From Rhynchopus sp. YZ270_cl-10 (lineage: Eukaryota): a stretch of DNA of 64,000 nucleotides. Position 1 is the stretch's first letter; each line of letters opens with the position of its first letter. Under the pieces are notes generated by a model that saw nothing but the letters and a program-made list of their open reading frames with translations, was not told where the DNA came from and ran no database searches. The position numbers and the translations under genes were made by a program. The DNA lies in contig OZ037847.1 of the NCBI GenBank assembly GCA_964035575.1, positions 558,001 to 622,000 of the forward strand, written 5' to 3'. This document shows positions 10,263-21,303 of the stretch, piece by piece.

Positions 10263-12183
10263 CTATTGTCCCGGACGTCTTTGTTGGGAGGGCGAGAGAT
10301 CACGGTTCACCCGCTGCGCCTTTCTGGCCATGAAGTCCTCTGTGTCGAGACAGTACACGTTGATCTCGTCGTCAACGTCGGTGGAGATCTCACGACATTG
10401 CAGCAGGTTGGTGGTCGAGATATACTGTGGGACGGTCAGGCCCTTTTGTTCAATCTGTAAAGGGTGTGATGGCATTGCAATGTGTGAGAGTAGTCTCTGA
10501 GACTACATACCTTGTCCACCATGTCCATGACCAACTCGCGGATCGCAACCAACGTAAAGTCTTCGCCTTCGCCTTCGTAGTCGGTTACAACAATGCCTGT
10601 GGTGGTGTGCATGGGTATAGGTATGGGAGTTTTTCCTTTTTCGAAAACTTGGTTGCATTAGTGTAGCCACCCTAGAGCAGTGTTGGATGCAGACGTGCAG
10701 ACGTATGCAGCTGCCGCCGTCTGCAGCCGGCTGCAGAAAACGCCAGCTATTTTTCCACAAAACGCCACCTATTTGCAGACGCGCGTTTGCAGCCGTCTGC
10801 CATCACTGCCCTAGAGTGTGCTCACTATCTGTTTCTGGCACCAGTGGTTTCCAGCGAGTCTCCATTTCCTAGCATCTTCACCCTCATCACCATAAAATAT
10901 AATTTTGCGTGTGGGTGTAGGACATACCGTTAGCTTCGTTCCCTCTCACGCAATCCGGTGTATTTTCAAGGATAATGAGTTTGTCCATGTCACGGCCGAG
11001 AAGTGTCAAATCTTTGTTGTACCCCGCGCATCCCTGTAGTTGTTGTAGTGGTTGCGCAGTGCGCTTTCGCAAAGAGTGGACATCTAGGTCTGTACTCAAT
11101 GCGAGCCGAAAGTCATTTGTACAGTGGTGCTATTTTTCTGTTGCATACCGAAAACCATTTTTTGTGTCGGTACACACAATGCCTGATGACGCCTTTTTTG
11201 TCGATGTTTTTGATGACCGCCTGTGAAGTATGGGGGAGTATTTCACTTGAGAAATAAATGTTAAGAATGGAGAGGAGTGGTAAAGCTTTTGCGTTGCGGG
11301 TGTGCTACTCACGTTGCTCTGAGGTGAGTAGCAAAGGTAAAGCGAAGGTTCCCTTGGACGCATACCTGTGCATAAGCCTTGACTCCCGCAGTCCACACAA
11401 CGGGCTCACATCGCTCCGCAAGCATTGTCAGAAGCTCGTCGAGACCGGGTCTGGCGTACAACGGGCCTGCGAGAGATGGTGGTTGGTTTTGCGTTGCTTT
11501 GCTTTATATTACTAGCTTTCTTTACTCCCCACCGCTTTCCAAGCTTTACGCAGTTCTATTACCCGACCTCGACCCCCCCCTGCAACATACCTTCTCTCGC
11601 ATAGATAAGCGTCTCGTCAAGGTCGAGCACCACACACACACGGCCACGGTCCTCCTTTGCTTGCGGCGGGAGCATGCATTTGTTCGGCTCGCTTACCATT
11701 GAAGGCGCTCGTCCACGTCCTGTGACCTGAAGGAGGAGGGTGGTGTTGTCTTGGAGTTTCGTTGCAGAGCAACGAGAATCTGCGGTCAAATAGAGACAAT
11801 TTGTGTCCAGGGTTATTTTGTGGTTGACCCGGCAATGGCTATATGAACAAAATTGATAGCGACCTTCAACTATGTCTTGAAACACGGACCAAGGAGTCTA
11901 ACACGTGTGCAAGGCTTAGGGTGTCAAACCCATAAGCCGCACTGAAAGGGAGATGTGCCAATCCTTGAGGACGCAGCACAGCCCGATCCTGATTTACTGG
12001 AAAGGGGTTTTGAAAATATTACCTTGAAGGACATACCTTATTTTTGAATTTTTGAAATGCGCTTGGTTGGTTTTTTCGGGAGTATTCTTGCTTGAAGGAT
12101 ACCCCCCGCACACGCCCCCCGGAGCTGCAGGCTGGTTGCTGCGGTGTCGCACCTAGCGCCCCTTGAAACCGAACGTTACTCAT
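10263..12183 (-). CDS. NIF/FCP1-SCP family HAD phosphatase (NLI-interacting factor-like), 7 exons
   Basis: Exons 12183-12037, 11726-11591, 11466-11366, 11220-11149, 11033-10928, 10596-10511, 10454-10263 are joined in frame by six GTATG...CAG introns. Motifs: VVLDLDETLI, RPGLDELL, VVWTAG, YNKDLTLLGRD, IILENTP. Confidence 0.9.
10678..10808. mobile_element. 131-bp hAT MITE inside a NIF-gene intron
   Basis: Imperfect TIR CAGTGTTGG..GCAGAC / GTCTGCCATCACTG; 8-bp TSD CCCTAGAG (10670-10677 / 10809-10816) with a central TA, as in Buster-type hATs; splits a family-B hairpin. Confidence 0.88.
11874..12013 (+). pseudogene. LSU (28S) rRNA fragment (~140 bp) in intron 1 of the NIF gene
   Basis: Begins with the universally conserved GTCTTGAAACACGGACCAAGGAGTCTAAC, then GGGTGTCAAACCC, TGAAAG and CCGATCCTGA, collinear with the eukaryotic LSU D3 region; no further rDNA on either side. 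Confidence 0.9.
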
Positions 12184-12893
12184 TCTCGCTCTTTACCACA
12201 CCTCACACCCCACCAATCTAACCCCACGACGTGAGGTTCCAAGTATATTTACCACCGAGAGAAACCTAATCAAACCCCAAAAGGGGTAAGGGGGGGAGAT
12301 GGGAGGGGGGGAGGGGCACGGCTCTTAGTGTATCACCCAAAATAGTTTTGGGGGTTTTTTTTTGGCACAAAAAAAAACTCCAAAAGAAAAGAAAATGTGT
12401 GTAGGTTTGTTTTGTGTGTATGAGGTGGGGAGTGCTTTTTTTTCCCTGTGAGAGTGGAGGGGGTTGGGTTGGTATCTTAAGCGTGATGCAGGGTCCGGTT
12501 GGGGGAAAAGATTAAGATATAATTTTCAATCGAAAGATGGGGGAAAAGAAAAAAGGTCAAGGATTTATTGGGCCTCTTTGCAAGCTCGAAAGTATTTTCA
12601 GTTGGGGGAGTGGGGGGGGGGAAGAGGGTGCTGGAAGAAAAAGTTGGTTTTGCCGAGATGCAAACTAAAGTGTTAGAAATTATTTGCCACCTCAAAAACC
12701 CCTCTGTTCTCTGGTTTTTTTCCCGTCCAACGAAGCTGCTTCAATGTCAGGGATCTGGAGCGGGTATTTCCCCCCCACTCCTGGTTAGCATATTATTTTA
12801 AATTATTATCACAAATGCTGGGGGTAGGAATGTGCAAGCAAAAACAAAACGTTAAGACGAATAAGGGGAAGCAAAAACAGAATAATATAAACA

Positions 12894-12935
12894 AAGTTGA
12901 CTTGAAATACAACAGCCCGCTCGTGACAGTGTACC
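12894..12935 (-). repeat. Dispersed hairpin family E (representative)
   Basis: Plus strand aagttgacttgaaatac...ctcgtgacagtgtacc; copies at ~886, 8548 (partial), 21488 and 60696. Confidence 0.75.
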
Positions 12936-13469
12936 TTAAAAAAAAATCTCGTATTTAAGGAGCCTTGTATTTGGATCAAAAAATGACCTGAAATACAAAG
13001 CCGCAGGGAGAGAGAAAATGTTTCAAGGTGAGCCTAAGAACTCTCACCCGTGTTTGGTCACCTTGATCACAAATATTCGCACAGACACCTAAGGAAAAAA
13101 ATTGGAAGAGGCAGTACCAGTGGTGCGGCTGCCAAAAACTATCGGTAGTCAGCCCCCAGTAAAAAAAAAAACCCCCTCCCTGAAAGATAAATGTGCCTCT
13201 AACGAACGTACATTACACATCTCGAAAAAGAGGAAAAAAAATTACCAGACAGCTCGGTTACTGAGCGCCCCTTTAAAAAAACACGAAATCTCTCTCTTTC
13301 TCGCTCCTTTTCCCCTTTTTTTGCCCAAAAAAGAAGGGCGAATTCACACTTTTTTCTTCTTCTATTTGCAATCTGTAAACTTCTCTGAATTTTTTTTATA
13401 CTAGCTTTTTTTCTTGTGTACTTGCAACCCCTTTATAACACATCCTCTCTCTCTCTCTCTCTTCTTCCC

Positions 13470-14219
13470 CTATGCTGGCGGCAATGGAGGCGCAGAGATA
13501 CGGTAGGAGTCAAGCGCCGCAAAGAACTTATCTTTGTCGACGTACTCTCCGATAGTGAAGTGCCCTGCCCTGGGATAGGTGCTTAGGGTGTGCTTTGGGT
13601 GTCCCATTGCCTTCAGCGCATTGTCGATGCTGTGTGCCGCGTTAAGGAAGCCCAACTCATCTTGCTCCCCGCAGTGCACGTCTACGGGCATGCATTTTAG
13701 GTTATCCAAATACTTCACCGCAGGGCGGCTCAATGAGCCTGTCACAACCGCAACTGAGGCACAGTCTTGCGGATACATTGCCGCGTAAATAAGAGAAGTG
13801 GTCCCACCGTTGCTGGTTCCTACTACATGAACTTTGTTGCCTTCAATTTGAATCAAGGAGCGAAGATGGTCTACAAGCTGTGGGATCAGCTCCAGCGCTG
13901 CGTCATCTTCCATGAAAAGCCCGAGCTTGTCTGGGCGTAGTGGTGTGATGACTACCCATCCACGCTCTTCAGGTTTCCACGACTGAAAGAACCGAGAAAC
14001 GTGCTGTTGTGCTTCCCCGCTGATACCCAAAATGCAAGGAATCGGCTTGCGTGACGCCAACACCTCCTTGGTCAACCCCATCACCCCAAAGGACAGCTTC
14101 TTCACAGACTTCGATTTGCACTGTACAGCAATCTCCTTCATTTCTAACGTCGTGGAAAATACATTGTTCTTCTTTTCTTGGTCCGATACTGCTCCCAAAG
14201 TCGGCTTAAAGTGTTTCAT
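13470..14219 (-). CDS. Alpha/beta hydrolase (esterase/peptidase-like), 249 aa
   Basis: Nucleophile elbow VVGTSNGG (GxSxG); candidate Asp (GEQDE) and His (AGHF) complete the triad. Confidence 0.8.
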   Translation of the reverse strand: MKHFKPTLGAVSDQEKKNNVFSTTLEMKEIAVQCKSKSVKKLSFGVMGLTKEVLASRKPIPCILGISGEAQQHVSRFFQSWKPEERGWVVITPLRPDKLGLFMEDDAALELIPQLVDHLRSLIQIEGNKVHVVGTSNGGTTSLIYAAMYPQDCASVAVVTGSLSRPAVKYLDNLKCMPVDVHCGEQDELGFLNAAHSIDNALKAMGHPKHTLSTYPRAGHFTIGEYVDKDKFFAALDSYRISAPPLPPA

Positions 14220-14417
14220 TTTTTGCTTTTTTCTGGAGAATCTTAGATGAAAGGTGGGGGGAGGGGGGGAGGGGAGGGGGAGTGGAAAAGAGGTACAAAG
14301 GGAAGAGTGGGAGTGGGGGGTGGGAGAGGCTGTCCATAAATTCGATTTCGTTTAAAAAGAGGGGGTGTGCGGGAAGGGGGGGAGTATACTGCATCAGCAG
14401 AGTGGAGCGCCCGGTGT

Positions 14418-15865
14418 TCACATCATCAGTTTGATGGTGTTCCCCTTTTCAAGCTGCTTTTCGAACTCAATCGCCTGCAGGGGTGGTGGTGGTGGTGGTG
14501 ATGGGGTGCATTAGTTTATCGTACGGTAACACATAGTGACCGTAAAAATGTTTGACCTTTTCCGGGGTTTTAGGGGAACCAACAATTAGCGGAGTTCATC
14601 CTCGGGTGTATTAATACAACCAAGTTTTCAAAAACAAAAAATACATACCATGTGCATTGTGTCTATCATTCCCTGCGTAATCTCTACTTCGGTTGGGCCT
14701 ATTTTGCGGGTGCTGAAAATTTCTGTGGTACCGCCAATCACTTTGGTGGGCGACGTGAGGTTGTGCTTGTGGAGGAAGTTGTGGAAGTCTGGGTGGGCGG
14801 AGAGGTGCGGGAACTTCGCGATGACGGAGATTTGGTATGCGGTGCCTATGTTGGCGAGGGAGGGCCCGAGGTAGCCGAAGTTCCTGTGCAGGGCGAAGGT
14901 CTTTGCGATGTGGCGCATGCCCAGCTCAATGTCGGACACAGCAATGGAGAGACGGCCAAACGCGGATGGCACATCCCCACCCTTGGCAATCGACACAATC
15001 TTCATATGGTCCTGCTCATTAATCCACACCAGCAAATTGTGATGACTATTCATATAGAACCCTCTCGCGTCCGGCCAATCCCTCAAGCACCCTGCCGCCT
15101 GCAGCATCGCCCCCTTAGGCTTCGCAAAGCCCAGCCCATTCGACGCAAACGTCTCTTGGTCCTGTACAGACATCTGCGAGAGGCGGTGGTACGACCCCTT
15201 CAAGTTCGTGGAAAGGTATTTCAAGGCCTGCAGAACCATAAATTCGATTTCACGGCGCTCTGCGCGGCCGATAAGCGGGGAGTAACGGTGATCGCTGAAG
15301 TTGCGTGACTGAAAGGGGTTTTGTTGAATTTTTTGAAAAGAAGGGGGGGGTGGGGAATGCATACTGTCTTGGTCTTGACTTCAAGGATGTATTGCGGGTT
15401 GAGTGATGCGTTGCTGAGCTTTTGCGGGTTGGTGTCTGGGATGAACATGGTTTTTGGGTCGTATTTGTGCTTTGCTGAGATGATTGGATGGAAGAGCCCG
15501 GAGAAGGTGTAGTAGGACTCCTCATCACCTGCATAGACTCCAACATGCGGTGTGTGGGGGTTGCCCACGACGTCGACACCGGCTTGTATAACGGAGTCGA
15601 TGCTGCTGCCACGGGCGGTCCTCTTCTTCTCAAGCGCAGCGTACATATCGGGTGTCAGAAATGCTGCCAAATAGCTGTTATGCCCCTTCAGGTCCGGAAA
15701 CTCCTGTGCGCTTGTGCCCCGCCGGTATGCATGCCCAAAGCGGTTAGGGTCGCTGTTGGATGCCTGCACCATATCCAGAGGGCTGTCTGCATGAGCAACA
15801 TCCACACACATCGCAAGTCCCCCAAACCCGCCCACCGCCCCAACAGCACAGCGCCTCCACGACAT
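14418..15865 (-). CDS. ATP:guanido phosphotransferase (creatine/arginine kinase-like) homologue with degenerate active site, 3 exons
   Basis: Exons 15865-15365, 15308-14649, 14474-14418 (introns 56 and 174 nt, GTATG..CAG). Family motifs FPDLKGHN, GVYAGDEESY, RDWPDARG, VWINEQDH, IEFEKQLEKG; hydrophobic N-terminal presequence. Confidence 0.88.
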
Positions 15866-16782
15866 TGTGGTTCTCCTTCTCCTAAGGAGGATATGCAAAG
15901 CTATTCCTGGATGGGATATGGGTTTGGGGGTGGAAGGGGGGAAACGGGGAAAGGTTTGGAGGTTGAAAGGTTGAGGGGGAAAACAGACCTTCCCAAAGTA
16001 TGATTTTGGGGTGATTTTTGCGACGCAAAGAAAAAGAAAGTTCAGTCTTTTTTATTATTCCAGAATAATGTGTGACAAAATGGGGTAAATAGGGAAAAGA
16101 GGGAAAGAGGAAGAGTGGAAAGTGGGGTGAGAAAAAAAAGGGGAATCACTGTTCCAAAATTAAAAAAGGGGGGGGAGAAAAATTTATAAGATGGACCACT
16201 CTCGTACTTAGCCATCTTGAAAGAAGAAAAAAAAAATACGCATTATGGGGGGTGGTAAGAGGGATATGTGTTTTTTTTAAATTACTACACATCACTCCCT
16301 CCGTTGTCCCCTCCCGTTCTTCTTTTTTCAAAAAAGAAAAAAAAGCGGTTTTTTTTTCTCCGTTGTCTTGAACATAATACAAAGAAAACGTTCATGAGAT
16401 GAACCGAAGCCTCTCGTGCTCAGTCATCTACAAAACTCTTTCGCACTCCACCACCACCCAAAAGGTTTGTTCACAAAACACCCCACAAATAGGGCCAAAC
16501 GAAACACATAAGTTAATCTTGAAAACCGACAGATATCAGGAGGAGTTAAGGGAAATAAAGGAATACGGTAAATGCACCCACAAAGGGGAGGGGGATTTGA
16601 GAGGGGAATATTTTTTTCGCAAAAAAAAAAAAAAAAAAAGCAATTTTTTGATTGCATGTGTATGATTTTTATTTGCATTTTTTGTTGAACTGGGTACAGT
16701 CAAGATAGAGTGGGGGGGAAACTGCTGAGAGGAGGGGAGAGAACTTTAACTCCAGAGGTCTGCAAAAAGAAGAAGAGTTTAT

Positions 16783-16818
16783 AAGATGATCCTAAGCCTC
16801 TCGTGCTTTAGTCACCTT
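16783..16818 (-). repeat. Dispersed hairpin family A (representative; ~20 copies)
   Basis: Minus strand AAGGTGACTAAAGC-ACGAGAG-GCTTAGGATCATCTT-ATAAAC-T-rich. Copies near 751, 843, 941, 6347, 9534, 9733, 13025, 16188, 16397, 24011, 24055, 25128, 40662, 53853, 53907, 54237, 55305, 59017, 59701, 63677. Confidence 0.85.
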
Positions 16819-17192
16819 GAAAATCATCTGCTCCTTAAATAAATGTTTTGATGGTTATTGCTGTTCATAGCTGCGTGATTTGTTTTACTTATTTGCTTTG
16901 ATACTCTGTTGGCTTTAGTGTAGCTGCCATGTGGACAGTTTTCACTATTCCAGAGTTGACTTTTCTTTAAAAATAGCAAACAAAGGTCAGCATTCGTCGT
17001 TTGGAACTTCTTGGCCTTCTTCAATAAGTTTGATGAGTTGGGAACGTCTCTTTTCCAGTTCCTGTTTTGATAAAGTCGGAGTGTTGTTTATTTGGAAGCT
17101 TGGTTGTATTAGCGTAGCCACCCTAGAGTGTGCTCCACTATTTATTTTGTTACAATCCCCTACCGAAAGCAGGTTCTCAGATCTTTGTTGGT

Positions 17193-19089
17193 TTATTGCC
17201 CGGGAAGGACTGTACTCATCCGTCCAAAAACTGCCAAGAGACAGATTTTCTAAAAACGAACATAAAAAAAAGGGGGAAAGGGGGGAGGAAAAAATTACAA
17301 ACCCTCTGTGCTGCATTGTCGGCATCTTCACGCTGCTTCACTTCCGCCATAAAGTCTTTTGTTAGTTGCGTCAGGTCCAGCTCATCTCCGAAGTCTTTTT
17401 CTGCGTTGTTTTTTTGTTGAAAAAAAGTGAAATTTGTGGGAAGAACACCATACCTCTTTGCTGGGTAGCAGACTTCTTCCTGGCCTTGCCCTTTCTTTCC
17501 TTGGCACGCTGCAGGAGGGCTCTGTCTCGCGAGCTCTCTCTTGCGAACATAGTTTCGACGGTGTTCTTCTCGTCATACTGCGCTTGGCTGAGGCCTTGGC
17601 TCAGCTCGAGGAGCACGGTGTTACCGTCAACACCTCCTACTGCCACGTGGCGGCCCTCTTGTGTGCAGGCAAGAGTGTTGAGCGAGAACTCGGAGATCTG
17701 CACAGTCAAGACCGGTGCTGTCTGTCTGTAGAGCAGGTCCCATACGTCCATCGCACCGTCCATTCTTGAGGTAAGGAATACACCTGGACGTGCCGGGTGC
17801 CATGTACCGCTGGTCAGGTACGCCTTGTGGTAGTAAGAGGTGAACATCGGGGTTTTCAACTGCGCATCTTCCGCAGTCCACATCCGTACCGTCCAGTCAC
17901 CTACAGACATGAAGTATTTGGAGCAGTGCGGGTTCCTCATGACAGAGTACACCGGGCCGTGGTGGCCGTGGTAGCTGTGCGATATTTTGTCCTGCGGGCT
18001 CTTGCCTTTTCTGTTGCACAGCAGCACCGACCCCTGCTCGGTACCCACCATGTATTTGCTGGGCCCACCGACCTGCGCGTCGTAGTCGATACAGATGCCA
18101 CCAAGGACACCCTTTGGACCACCATCGTTCACTTTATCCGACGGCTTCAGGACAACAGTCTCCGCCTCCACAGGCTTTTGCAGGCTGCGGATGTCCCAGA
18201 TGAAGGCCTGTCCGTCGGTGGACACAGTCAGGAATTCACCACTCTTTGACATCAGCCACCGGAGGTCCCAGACAGGGTCCTTGTGGGAGTCGTCGATGAC
18301 GGACTTTGATTCGGGTTGTGCGGACTTTGCGTCAGGTGTGCCTGCCTTCCTTGTGTCCCAGAGCTGCACCACGCCGTTGTACGACCCTCCAGCAATGATG
18401 TGTGAATCCTTGAGGGAGTACTGCAGACAGCAGAGAGGGGAGACGGGGATGAGGTCGAGCTCGGGGCAGTTTGGGTTGGTGACATCCCAGATGTGCGACT
18501 TCAGGGACATGCCGTCCTGCGAGCCTTGGAACTTCATGTTGCAGTAGGATATCGCCACCTTCTTCGCGTCGGGCAGCCACGACAGCTTCGACACAGTTCT
18601 CTTCACTGGCGATGGGTCCTGGAAGACCGTCACCGTCTTCGCAGAGGGTGGCCCAGATGAGAGGTCCAACGTTGGCTCCACAAAGTACTCCTCGTAGATG
18701 TCGATTGCGTTGTTCTGCTTGAGGTAGCGTTCTACGTGCTTGTCCAGCAGGTCTTTGCAGGTCAGGTAGTAGGACTCCTCACGCTCAACCTTCTTGCGGT
18801 ACTTCGTTTTGTCATCCAAATCTGTGTAATCAATCGCAGCCGGCCAACCACCTTCAAGATGTGTCTGCCCCTTCGGTCTAGTATCAATCTGCGCCGTATT
18901 CGTCCCATATTCTGACAGCATCGGCACGTTTTCGATCTCCCTCTCATACGGGTCCAACGTACTGTACTCATCCTTCAACGCATTGTTCGGCAGACACTCA
19001 AACAAAGACTCCGGGTCGTTGTTCTGAAACTCCACGGGACGGCCGAACTCCCTCCGACTCTTCTGGTACATAAATGATATCTCTGCCAT
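17193..19089 (-). CDS. DNAI2: Axonemal outer-arm dynein intermediate chain (DNAI2/IC70-like WD40 protein)
   Basis: N-terminal YQKSRREFGR, HLEGGWP and LKQNNAIDIYEEYF, followed by WD40 repeats (GGSYNG, SHKDPV, GTEQG, GHHGPV, SVGDW). Intron 17401-17453. A probable second 53-nt intron at 17250-17302 sets the stop at 17193; without it the stop is at 17216. Confidence 0.88.
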
Positions 19090-19715
19090 CTTGTTTCCTT
19101 TTTAAAAACCCTTCAAAAAAAGCCCCTTTTTCTCAAAGCGGCAGGGTATTAGGGGGAGGAGAAGGACGACCCGTTAGGGGAATGTGGGTGTGTGTAACTG
19201 GGGGGGGTCTGTTGGTGACGTTTTTTTGGAGGGGAGATTATTAGAGCAGAATGTAGAAGTTTTTCAAGAGAGGGAGGGAGGGGGGTTTTTTTTGTGTTCA
19301 TCCATGGTTTTGCAAGAAAACTTGACATACAAATCCACCTTGGATGGGGCATATATAGTTTTGCTCCAAAAAAAATGCAGTTGGTAAATCCTTGTCCTAC
19401 TTATGTCTGGTATTGCGGTTTTTTTTTATTATTTTGTGCGGAAAATTCGTAGCTCAGCCTTTACTGCCAACACGACACTAAGTAGGTTATGAACAGCCTA
19501 TCCACACGGAATGCAGACATTAAAAAAAAGAGAATTTGTTTTTGTTAAGATATCGATGTCTGCACATTGCACTGCAGTGCAGACATCTCGAAACAAAGGG
19601 AAACGGAGAGCAAGAAACAACAATTGAAGTCAAGACGGAGCAAGCAATAAAACAAAAAATCAGGGTGGTTGGTACGATCCTGAGCCTTCTCGCAAGCCCC
19701 TACAACAAAATAAAC

Positions 19716-19866
19716 ATAGAAACTTAACACTCATCACACGAAACAACCCATGGGAGAGGTTGTGGTGAAACGCACACACCTCGACCTGTTTGGTGAGGAG
19801 TGGCCCTCCAGCGTGGTTCGTCCCCAGAACCGCAAAGTATGTTCAAAATGCTTCGTTTCTATTTCC
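19716..19866. mobile_element. ~150-bp MITE-like element (family G), copy 1
   Basis: Homologous to 24441-24601; ends ATAGAAAC...GTTTCTAT; absent at the equivalent position (~22065-22085) of the second NAGA duplicate. Confidence 0.65.
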
Positions 19867-20118
19867 CCCTTCATGAGGTGACATAAAACAAAATAAAATA
19901 AAATAAAAATAAGAACACACAACGTAGTTAACGCAGTGATTCTGTACTCGAGAGTAGCTTCCTTTGGTAGAGGTTCACGCTCAGCCCCTTTTAGGCGGAG
20001 GACATTCTAAAAAAACTACACAAAATCAAAAAACGTTTATTTTTTTTTTTTTTGAAAACTTGGTTGTATTAGTGTAGCCACCTCGAGGGTGCACTCCACT
20101 ATTTTCTTTTTCTTTTCT

Positions 20119-21303
20119 CTACATAGTGTAGATACCGGTTCCGTGGGCGGGGATTTCTGCGGTGAAGTTGCCGGTGAAGGAACCGAGGTCAGACCTGGCC
20201 CACAGGTCGCGGATTTTGTGGGTACCGATGACGGGGATCTTGGAGAAGTCGAGGGTGACGTTGAGGGAAGCGGCGGTAGGGTTGTAGAGCGCGAAGGCGT
20301 GGCCTGTGTTGATGGTTCTGACCCAGGTCTCTCCACCGTTGGCGGCGACGTTAATGCGGATACCCTGGATTCCGAGCACATCCTGGTTCACTGCGATGAC
20401 CTCCTCATGAAGCAGAATTGCCTTCTCGGACGCAGTCATGTTGCGCAGATCGTTGCCCATCACCAACGGTGCAGCGAAGATCGACCAGAGCGCCATCTGG
20501 GTGCGTGCCTCGTCGTCAGTGATGCATCCGTTTCCAATCAGAAGCATGTCAGGGTCGTTCCAGTGTCCCCTTGCTGCGACCTCCGCAAGGACCTCAGAGT
20601 ATTCACCCCAGTGCGCAATGATGCTGGAGAGGGAGCTCCAGCTGCACTGAATGTCAGCCCAGTTGCGCCAGAGGTTGCAGCGGGAGGCGATCATCTTGGC
20701 GTAGGGCTTGGCGCTCTCGTTGGACCCGAGGTATGCCGGCCAGGAGCAGGAGTAGATAATGTCGCGTCCAGTTGCGACCAAGGCGTCACCCATGGCGGGG
20801 TAGCCTGCAGGGTAGTAGGATGCATCACCACAGCCGTCGACCTTCATGTAGTCCACACCCCATGCGGCGAAGGTGTCTGCGTCCACCTGCTCGTTGTTAG
20901 CAGACGCAGGGTATCCTGCACAGGTGTGCGGGCTCTCTGCAGTGTACAGCGCGAACTTCACGGAACGATCATGCATGTAGTCCCCCAACGCCTTCATACC
21001 ACTCGGAAAGCGCTGCGGGTCAGGAATAAGCTTGCCCCCCTCATCACGAGCCGGGCTCTTCTGCTGCCAGCAGTCGTCAATGTGGATGCCGTTGTACCCT
21101 GCCTTCAAAAACCCGCCTGCCACCAAGGCATCCGTCTGCGCCTTGTACAGCGCCTCGTTGATGCAAGCGTCAGGGTGTGTCGCGCAGTCTGTCTGGCAGC
21201 GGAACATCTCCCAGCTCATCCACCCCATAGGCGGGGTGGGGGACAGCGGGCCTCCTGCAGAGGCCATTGCTGCTGCAGAGAGAAGAGCGAGGGAGGTCTT
21301 CAT
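20119..21303 (-). CDS. NAGA: GH27 alpha-N-acetylgalactosaminidase, secreted, copy 1 (394 aa)
   Basis: Signal peptide MKTSLALLSAAAMASA; TPPMGWMSW, IDDCW, nucleophile YMKVDGC, acid/base WADI, WNDPDML. SCSWPAY is the NAGA-type signature (alpha-GAL A has SCEWPLY). Confidence 0.9.
   Translation of the reverse strand: MKTSLALLSAAAMASAGGPLSPTPPMGWMSWEMFRCQTDCATHPDACINEALYKAQTDALVAGGFLKAGYNGIHIDDCWQQKSPARDEGGKLIPDPQRFPSGMKALGDYMHDRSVKFALYTAESPHTCAGYPASANNEQVDADTFAAWGVDYMKVDGCGDASYYPAGYPAMGDALVATGRDIIYSCSWPAYLGSNESAKPYAKMIASRCNLWRNWADIQCSWSSLSSIIAHWGEYSEVLAEVAARGHWNDPDMLLIGNGCITDDEARTQMALWSIFAAPLVMGNDLRNMTASEKAILLHEEVIAVNQDVLGIQGIRINVAANGGETWVRTINTGHAFALYNPTAASLNVTLDFSKIPVIGTHKIRDLWARSDLGSFTGNFTAEIPAHGTGIYTM

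Noticed and set aside
16783..16818. Hairpin families as SECIS elements, H/ACA-like snoRNAs or sarcin-ricin loop copies
   Set aside because: No UGA/GA quartet with correct helix length; too short, with no pseudouridylation pocket or consistent ACA/AGA box; similarity to the SRL is limited to (GU)ACGAGAGG without its flanks.
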